From a virus, in the IMG/VR virus record IMGVR_UViG_3300017792_000017, positions 1 to 64,000 of that record: a stretch of DNA of 64,000 nt, one strand, 5' to 3'. Below are positions 57,108 through 64,000 of this stretch, one piece after another. Under the pieces are notes generated by a model. That model searched no databases, was not told where the DNA came from, and saw nothing but the letters and a program-made list of their open reading frames with translations. The position numbers and the translations under genes were made by a program. The number at the start of each line of letters is the position of its first letter. The stretch's first letter is position 1.

Positions 57108-60100
57108 TTATTTTGGTGAACCATTGTTGCGTTGATTATTAGGAACCTTTAGGTCACTAGTTCCATTAAACGGGTTCAGAAAACTCCAGCTAGAGCCTGA
57201 ACCTGATGAACTACTACCACCCATTCCATCAGCAGCCTTTCCTAACTTATCAGCAGCACCGTCTAACTTGTCTACTGCAGCCTTGAATACTTCATTGTTC
57301 TTTTTGGAGTCAATGTTATTAAGGATATTCTGAGTAGTTGCAAAGTCATATCGACCTGAAGCAACTTTCTCATATGCCTTAGCATTCTCTTGACCTTCTA
57401 AGTCAAGGTGTTGCTGGAATCCTACTACATCGTTAAGACTCTGACTCGTAGCACCTTTCAGACCTTCTGTTTTTAGCTTCCCACCTGCTGCATAACCGAG
57501 TTGCTTAGAAACAATGTTTTCCATCGTAGCCGTATCGCCTGACTTCATGGCGGCAATAAATGCATCACGTTGTTTCTTATCTTGAATGCGATTAGGATTC
57601 TTCTTGAACTCATCGACGTTAAAACCACCGGTATAAGCCAGGTTACCTAATTGACCTAAGCCAGTTTCAACTGAACGCTTGTATGTATCAGTAATGTAAT
57701 CAACAGCTTCTCTATCACCACGGCCACCAACAAGACCCTTGACTTGGTCATATTGACCGCTGTTAAGCATGTCACGAATCTCAGCTTGGCTTGCACCACC
57801 AGCAATCTTGTTAGCAAGATCTGAAACCTGACCGATTGCATTTACTGAGTCAAGGAAGTTTTTACGGTGACCTTCTGGTATCTTCTCTTCGCCAAGAGTT
57901 TTAACAACGTCACCCATCAAACCCTTAACCTGGCCTTGTTGATTTTTAACTAATTCTTCGTGATTACCGAACGAACCTACATCATCAAGGAATGAGTCAA
58001 AGTTACCGCTTGACTCTCTTGAACCACCACCAGATAGAAGACCTGCTACGTTAGCCATATCTGCCTTGTTCTCTTTAAGCAGAGTTCCAAGAGCCTTGCT
58101 ACGACCTTGTTTATCCGTAGCATTAATAAACGCTTGAGCGTTCTTATTGCCTTGTTTAGCCAATGCGTTGATTTGTTGAGTGATCTTGATTGAGTCACTG
58201 CCCATCAATGTGTCGCCATTAGCAATACGGCTTCCTACACGGCCAAGATCAGTAAGAGTACGTCCCGAGAAGAAGTCATGGCCCTCATTAAGGAGGTTCA
58301 TACTAGTCTCAGCAGGAGCTTGATTGTTTGTCTTTCTGCCAGTAGTCATGGAGTCAATCACTTTATCCATGTCTGAAGTAGTGTAATTGTCACCGAATGA
58401 AGCACCGAACTGTAACCAATCAGCTCCGCTCTGAGTAGCATCACCAACTGCAGCTGAGCCTTCTGCAAACCAACCAGCAGCCTCACCCATCAACGATGTG
58501 ACGTTTCTGCCGCCTTTCATTAGACTACGTACAGTTCCACCGATAGCACCGCCATACAGATAGTTCTGGGATACGTACTGACGTAGTTGTTTCTGTGTCT
58601 GAGCATTACGTGCTTTAAGGCCTTGACGATATGTGCCTGGATCTGACTCAGCAGTACGTTGGGCGATATAAGCCTGAATTTCATCATCGCTCATACCCAT
58701 AACGCCTGACATTACGCCAGCCATCTGTTCAGCACTGTATTTACCGTTCTTATCCCTCTGGGTAGCCGTCGAATCAAGAATAGAAGTAATCTGATCTTCC
58801 AGAGCTAATGATCCACGCTCATCCATCTGCTTACCGCCAAGTACACGGCTATATAGATGCATTCCACCATACGCCTTCATAGGGTCACGACTGAAGTCTG
58901 ATCCAAACTGTGAAGTAACATTGGTAATGCTCATTCCAGGACCAGAATTACTAGATCCTGTACGGCCATTGATATATTGGTTGTACATTGCCATTTTGTT
59001 AAGCAACGTTTGTGAACCGTTAACCTGTGCTGTTAGCGATGCTTGTGTTGCACCTTCAACTCCACCCATACGAGCTATTTGCGAGGTATTGAGAATACCG
59101 TTACGTCTTGCTGTATCGAACGAACCAATGATGTTAGCAGCAGCCATTTGACCTAGATAAGGTGTCATGCCGTTTGCTTGGTATAGATACTGACCTTGAG
59201 CACCAACAGTGTTCATGATGTTCTGTACGCTACGGCCAGACACGGCTGCGCTTAGTCCAAGAGACATAAATGCTCTTGAAGCTTGGCTGTTAGGGCCTGA
59301 TACTGATGCGCCAGCACTGTGAAGCTTAGAAATTTCTTCAATAGCGTTCTTAATCGAAGGGTCACCGGCAATAGCCATTACTAGCTTGACTTGTTCAGCT
59401 ACGTCCTTGACACGTTGACTAATTTGCTTAACCTTGGTGTCATCCAGCATGCCTGAACGGGCAGTGTAGTCAGCAATGTTTGCATACTCGCCTGTCGAGA
59501 ACGAAAAGTCGTTAATACCTTGCTTAGTGATCTGCTGGGCGATCTGAGTAGACTCTCTGAAACCAAGTCCTTGACCTGTTACAGCATTACCTTGCGCGCC
59601 ATCAAATGTTACTCCCTGGAAGTTATCACGTAAGTCACGTGCTTCACGGCGAGTATTCATGTATGGGTTAAAGATGGTTCTTTGACCTACTTCCATCGCA
59701 GCTTGACCAACAGCTACGGGTAAGAACAATCTACCAGCTAGTCCACCTACAGCGCCAAGACCTCCTGTAAGTCCACGTCCAACAAAGCCAGGCATATATC
59801 CGCCCATGCCTGAAGCAATACCTGCTCCAAGTGCACGACCTGTAGATCTACCAGCCCAAGCGCCTATTCCAGACGTGTACTTGAATGCAGCGCCGAAAGC
59901 TAATGCTGGAGCAGCAATACGTTGACCAGCCCAAACTACTGAATCAAACGGACGTGATGATACACCCTCCATAGTCTGAGTGTTGTTATCGATAGGATTA
60001 CCGTATCTAGGCTCTGACGAAGTAGGGTTAAGAATATTGTTAACACCAGCAAAGAAACCTACTCGACCATATTGATTGTATGGCTGAGGACCATCATATT

Positions 60101-60266
60101 GAGGTCTGTATCCTGCTGTGTAGCTAGGCGTAAGCAAATTCGGATCCATTCCGAAACCTGGATTCATATTCGCAGGGTTCATCGGATTGGCAAACGAATT
60201 GGTATACGTATCAGCCTGAGACTGATAAATGTTGCCGAGCATGTTATAAGCTGAAGGTGGGATCAT
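57108..60266 (-). CDS. Tape measure protein (candidate)
   Basis: 1052 aa, G/A/Q-rich, directly downstream of a frameshifting chaperone pair. Confidence 0.7.
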   Translation of the reverse strand: MIPPSAYNMLGNIYQSQADTYTNSFANPMNPANMNPGFGMDPNLLTPSYTAGYRPQYDGPQPYNQYGRVGFFAGVNNILNPTSSEPRYGNPIDNNTQTMEGVSSRPFDSVVWAGQRIAAPALAFGAAFKYTSGIGAWAGRSTGRALGAGIASGMGGYMPGFVGRGLTGGLGAVGGLAGRLFLPVAVGQAAMEVGQRTIFNPYMNTRREARDLRDNFQGVTFDGAQGNAVTGQGLGFRESTQIAQQITKQGINDFSFSTGEYANIADYTARSGMLDDTKVKQISQRVKDVAEQVKLVMAIAGDPSIKNAIEEISKLHSAGASVSGPNSQASRAFMSLGLSAAVSGRSVQNIMNTVGAQGQYLYQANGMTPYLGQMAAANIIGSFDTARRNGILNTSQIARMGGVEGATQASLTAQVNGSQTLLNKMAMYNQYINGRTGSSNSGPGMSITNVTSQFGSDFSRDPMKAYGGMHLYSRVLGGKQMDERGSLALEDQITSILDSTATQRDKNGKYSAEQMAGVMSGVMGMSDDEIQAYIAQRTAESDPGTYRQGLKARNAQTQKQLRQYVSQNYLYGGAIGGTVRSLMKGGRNVTSLMGEAAGWFAEGSAAVGDATQSGADWLQFGASFGDNYTTSDMDKVIDSMTTGRKTNNQAPAETSMNLLNEGHDFFSGRTLTDLGRVGSRIANGDTLMGSDSIKITQQINALAKQGNKNAQAFINATDKQGRSKALGTLLKENKADMANVAGLLSGGGSRESSGNFDSFLDDVGSFGNHEELVKNQQGQVKGLMGDVVKTLGEEKIPEGHRKNFLDSVNAIGQVSDLANKIAGGASQAEIRDMLNSGQYDQVKGLVGGRGDREAVDYITDTYKRSVETGLGQLGNLAYTGGFNVDEFKKNPNRIQDKKQRDAFIAAMKSGDTATMENIVSKQLGYAAGGKLKTEGLKGATSQSLNDVVGFQQHLDLEGQENAKAYEKVASGRYDFATTQNILNNIDSKKNNEVFKAAVDKLDGAADKLGKAADGMGGSSSSGSGSSWSFLNPFNGTSDLKVPNNQRNNGSPK

Positions 60267-60313
60267 GCCTTTATTTTAAAAAGAAAAAGCCGCTTTTTAG
60301 GGCGGCTTCGGAA

Positions 60314-60685
60314 TTACTTAAATAGATGGTCAAGACCCTTGACGTTATAACCTGAGCCTGATTTCTCAAGAGTAGGTTTAAGATGCTTAACTACGTTTTC
60401 GTAGTATTCTAGCATTTGTACTTCCTTCTCTGTTTGTTCTGGCATTTCTGTATTGAATGCTAGTGATAAGTACTTAGCCCAATGTTTCTTTATGCTACTT
60501 GACCAATCCCGCGCTTTATTAGGATCGGAGATACTAGGGTTAGTCAAGGCAGTAAGCATGGTCATTTTCATCTTCTCGACTTCGAGTTGACTTTCTTTGG
60601 TCATGTACTCCCTATATATCCGATCATGCAGAGAACCAAGCGGAGGGACTTTCATTCCTGAGAGATGCAACTTCATTCTCTGCAT
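60314..60685 (-). CDS. Tail assembly chaperone, frameshifted T segment
   Basis: Open in the -1 frame from the slippery site at 60703-60709. Confidence 0.65.
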   Translation of the reverse strand: MQRMKLHLSGMKVPPLGSLHDRIYREYMTKESQLEVEKMKMTMLTALTNPSISDPNKARDWSSSIKKHWAKYLSLAFNTEMPEQTEKEVQMLEYYENVVKHLKPTLEKSGSGYNVKGLDHLFK

Positions 60686-60699
60686 CGCCCAGGAGTGTT

Positions 60700-61215
60700 T
60701 TAAAAATTTTCTTCTAGATCTTTACAGGCTTCGTTTACCTTGGCATCAAACTTATACAAGGCATCTAGCAGCATTGCAATAACAGGGCCAGGAAGACGTT
60801 TGATGAACTTCGCTTTATCTTCATTCTTAAGAGCTGACAGATCCCGGCCTTGATAGAAGGTAAGCGCATACTGAAGATTCAGAACCATCTTTGATTCATT
60901 CAGTGTTGCGATAAGATTAAACGACGTTGAATCGATGACTTTGCTAATCTGTTCAATGTCTTCTGCCGTTCTTGTCCTGAATTGAACCTTTAATTTGCCA
61001 CGAATTGTAACATCTTCAACGTATTCTCCTTGGAAGATAATCTCATCAAAGATACGCAGTAGCTCGTCTTTATCGTATTGAGGCTTTTCAGGAGTCTCGT
61101 CCTTTTTTTCTTCTGTAGGAAGTTCAGTAATTGGCTCTTTCTCAATCGCAACTTCTTCTTGTTTTGTAGCACGGCCACGCTTTGGCTTGTGCTCTGTAAA
61201 TTCAAACTCGCTCAT
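60700..61215 (-). CDS. Tail assembly chaperone G
   Basis: KVQFRTRTAED; ends GAA AAT TTT TAA (A AAT TTT heptamer). Confidence 0.7.
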   Translation of the reverse strand: MSEFEFTEHKPKRGRATKQEEVAIEKEPITELPTEEKKDETPEKPQYDKDELLRIFDEIIFQGEYVEDVTIRGKLKVQFRTRTAEDIEQISKVIDSTSFNLIATLNESKMVLNLQYALTFYQGRDLSALKNEDKAKFIKRLPGPVIAMLLDALYKFDAKVNEACKDLEENF

Positions 61216-61223
61216 TTCTTTCC

Positions 61224-62834
61224 TTAAAAATCAAATATGTTATTGTCCTTAACTTCGTCCACTGTTGTGAATTCACCTTTAAGAACCATATACGCTATGT
61301 TAGCGAAAACTATGCTGTGGAACCAATCATCACACAAGTCTTCATCTTTCTTATAAAGGCGACGTCCAGTAATGGATTCCTCTTCGAAAATGTTTAGCGC
61401 ATCTTGCCAGAACTCTGACATCAGATTCCAGCATGGTGTTTCAATACGATCACGACCAAGCTTAGCCTTAAGTACCATCGTGTCCATATTAGTAGTTCTA
61501 TCTGCAGAAAAGAACTTCCCCTCTTTGTCCCAACGAAGCGTAGACTTTGCTGCTACATATTGTACAGAATTAACTCTATCTTCGCCAATACTTTTTCTCA
61601 TCAATTCTACTTGAAGCTGACCAACACCACGGTCTGAAGCAAGCATTGTACATTTATACTGAGCGTACAATTCTTCTACGCGCTTTACCTGATCCAAGAT
61701 GTCAATACCGTTTAAACGTTGAGCGTAGACTAGATAAGCTTTGCCATTCCAGTCATAGCCAAGAATAGTAATAACCGTATACGAGTTTGAGCCACCACTC
61801 ACTGACCAGTCTACTCCAAGCACTGTATGTAGAATACCCCGGTCATCCATAGGAAAACCCTTATCCCACTCAGTCTTGTTGTTGTTACAACATGCCATTA
61901 CTTCTTTAAGTGATAGTGGACGACCAGCTAGACCGCTAGGGCATCCAAACACTTCGTTAGCAAGTTTAGGTACTGAATATGTCTTCGATTTATGAAGAAG
62001 ATCCTTCCACTTCTTAGGCTTTGTACGAGCGGGGAAGATTAGCTGTGGCAAATGGAATCCATAATGATCCTTCTCTAAAGGCTTTGCCGCTACCCACTTA
62101 CCAGTCATCATATCAAGTAAGCCACCACAATACACACAGCCTGGACCATCCTTATTTGCATGCAGCATTTTATGACAAATATCGAAATCGATAGGAAGCG
62201 TGAACTTACCACAATGCGTACACTTAACCGCCCACTCCATCATGTTCGATTGCTTGAACTTTTGTGTGAGTGAGTTTGTTTCTGTCTTAGCCGTGCCTGT
62301 ATATCGTCTGAAGGCAAAGTCTGAAGCACCTAATGTCTCTGCAAGAATCGGTGCACATTCAAGGCTGGTGTCCTGGAACTCATCCAGATATAGCGCATCA
62401 GCGAATACTCCTCGAATACGGTCGGCATCTTGTTCAGTTTCTGCGTAACCAAGAGTTACAGCACTGCCATTAGTGAATGATTTAGAGAATACGTTTTTAC
62501 GTGAACCTGCATCAACGAAGTGTTTACGAATCAGAGGTGAGCTTAAGAACGGGTCTAGGTATGCTGTTGAGAATCTTGAAGTCTGTTGAGATAACGGGCT
62601 GCTGAATAGAGTTGAAAAGTGTGGACGAACGAGGCTGTTGGCAACAATAGCTGCGCCAAGTGAGACTGACTTACCAATCTGTCGTCCAGCCATCAGCGTC
62701 ATTTCATTTGGAGAAACGTCATAGATGATTTCGAACGGTTTGTAGTCTTCGAGATTTAGAGGTTTACCTTTTAGGGTTAAAAGTGCCTTGGAAATCTCGG
62801 AGGGTCTTAGTTTTAAAAGGCTTGCTGTATCCAT
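61224..62834 (-). CDS. terL: Terminase large subunit
   Basis: Walker A GRQIGKS, Walker B LYLDE, TGTAK, CxxC pairs, nuclease GVDW and DDWFHS. Confidence 0.9.
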   Translation of the reverse strand: MDTASLLKLRPSEISKALLTLKGKPLNLEDYKPFEIIYDVSPNEMTLMAGRQIGKSVSLGAAIVANSLVRPHFSTLFSSPLSQQTSRFSTAYLDPFLSSPLIRKHFVDAGSRKNVFSKSFTNGSAVTLGYAETEQDADRIRGVFADALYLDEFQDTSLECAPILAETLGASDFAFRRYTGTAKTETNSLTQKFKQSNMMEWAVKCTHCGKFTLPIDFDICHKMLHANKDGPGCVYCGGLLDMMTGKWVAAKPLEKDHYGFHLPQLIFPARTKPKKWKDLLHKSKTYSVPKLANEVFGCPSGLAGRPLSLKEVMACCNNNKTEWDKGFPMDDRGILHTVLGVDWSVSGGSNSYTVITILGYDWNGKAYLVYAQRLNGIDILDQVKRVEELYAQYKCTMLASDRGVGQLQVELMRKSIGEDRVNSVQYVAAKSTLRWDKEGKFFSADRTTNMDTMVLKAKLGRDRIETPCWNLMSEFWQDALNIFEEESITGRRLYKKDEDLCDDWFHSIVFANIAYMVLKGEFTTVDEVKDNNIFDF

Positions 62835-62952
62835 GTTCCTATCTTAGTACTCTATTTTGGTATAAGAACTATGTAGTAAACATACGTCAATCCATGATTA
62901 TATCTTTAGGACTGGTGTAGTTATAAATATTCTACGAGAAAGGGTTTTTAAA

Positions 62953-63444
62953 ATGAGACTAATGTGTGGCGCAGTAATTGAACGTATTCCCAGCGTAGTT
63001 CTGACTGACGATCAGAAGCAGCAATGGGAGAGGTGGATCAATGCCCTTGAGTCTGGCGAGTTCAAGCAGACTACGTTCGCTCTAAGAGATGAGACTGGCT
63101 TCTGCTGTCTCGGGGTTGCTTGTAACCTCGTTGATCCAGAAGGTTGGACTTTTGATACTGGAGCACATGCGTACAGTTTTCTCCCGAATGAAGCTTGTTC
63201 TACAGAGAATGCTGTCAAGGACCATTTAACTCCTTTTGTTCGAGGTCATTACGGGTCTGAACTAGGTCCACTAGGACTGTACGTAGGAGGTAGATTTCCG
63301 GATGAGGAAGGGAATACTCTGGAATTACATTCTCTTTCATTATCAGGGATAAACGACATGGGTGCTACCTTCGTGGAAATAGCTGAGATCTTGAAAAAGG
63401 CAATGGACGGGGGATACACCCGTTCGGTTGCTCTGATCAAGTAG
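62953..63444 (+). CDS. CCLGVLC paralog family member 5
   Basis: WINALESGEFKQ...LRDETGFCCLGVAC...INDMGATFVEIAEIL. Confidence 0.8.
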   Translation: MRLMCGAVIERIPSVVLTDDQKQQWERWINALESGEFKQTTFALRDETGFCCLGVACNLVDPEGWTFDTGAHAYSFLPNEACSTENAVKDHLTPFVRGHYGSELGPLGLYVGGRFPDEEGNTLELHSLSLSGINDMGATFVEIAEILKKAMDGGYTRSVALIK

Positions 63445-63676
63445 CCATCGGGTGTCTTAAGTCTCGGGATTAGTTGCAGCCTCTTCTAGTCCCGAGGCTA
63501 TTTTTCAATTTTTTAGCTAATTTGGGTATAACAGTATTGTAAAGGCTGTGCATAGCTTTTATAGGTATCAGATATTTCAATAATTTAGAGATGTTTGGTA
63601 TAACTATACTGGACAGGTAGAAAATACATTTCCAAAGTCCATCTTTTTATTTAGCTAAAACAAAGGATTTACCCAA

Positions 63677-64000
63677 ATGGCTGCAACCGTAACCAAGACT
63701 ATCGTTACCATCGCTTCGACCGACACCGAGTATCAAATTCCGGGTGATTACACACCGGCTTCGATCCAACGCAACTACGCTAACGATATTCCTAATATCG
63801 GCAGCATGCAATTCGAAGAGCGTGTCGTTACGCAAGACGGTGAAACGGTTCGTGAAATCACCTTCAAGCCCCGCACGGGTACGAAGGGCGCTGGTGTAAC
63901 GAAGACTATCGTGACCATCGCTTCGACGGACACGGAGTACCAGATTCCGGGTGACTACACCCCGGCATCGATTCAACGCAATTATGCGAACGACATCCCG
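63677..64000 (+). CDS. Tandem-repeat ubiquitin-like protein (Prok_Ub / PRTRC-C-like), runs off the window
   Basis: AAGGA RBS; 71-aa unit ending ITFKPRTGTKG (63889), then AG and an identical second copy. Confidence 0.75.
   Translation, partial: MAATVTKTIVTIASTDTEYQIPGDYTPASIQRNYANDIPNIGSMQFEERVVTQDGETVREITFKPRTGTKGAGVTKTIVTIASTDTEYQIPGDYTPASIQRNYANDIP

Noticed and set aside
63647-63976. 109-aa minus-strand ORF in the track
   Set aside because: Antisense shadow of the plus-strand Ubl repeat, whose differences are all synonymous in the plus frame.
1-64000. Alternative genetic code or prophage/integrase
   Set aside because: Long genes are intact in the standard code with all three stops used; no integrase or host genes are visible.

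Overview
A 64-kb segment of a large lytic dsDNA tailed phage, probably a jumbo myovirus of a Gram-negative host (two-component spanins, prepilin-like peptide, sigma70-type promoters). 1-30.9 kb (+ strand) is an early/middle accessory region: a tandem paralog family, tRNA-Lys(UUU), tRNA-Arg(UCU), ThyX, NadM-Nudix plus NadV (NAD salvage), 5'-nucleotidase, PspA-like, TAXI, YqeY, HAD, deaminase, DHH and dUTPase genes. Most units start at a recurrent TTGGTATAAG promoter. 31.0-62.8 kb (- strand) is the late region: terminase, tail chaperones with a -1 frameshift, tape measure, sigma factor, baseplate, tail fibres/spikes and a lysis cassette. The most unusual parts are: (i) a ~2-kb non-coding island upstream of a Ro60/TROVE gene holding eight tandem Y-RNA-like genes, most showing a different anticodon-like loop and three carrying circularly permuted tRNA bodies, plus a ~530-nt structured RNA and two paralogous ~180-nt RNAs; (ii) an ORF at the right edge, absent from the ORF track, with head-to-tail ubiquitin-like repeats (first unit ends GTKG) that are protein-identical but synonymously diverged; (iii) a 43-aa prepilin-like mini protein; (iv) a ~555-bp iteron-rich palindrome, a candidate origin. 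All calls come from manual motif reading; no searches were run.
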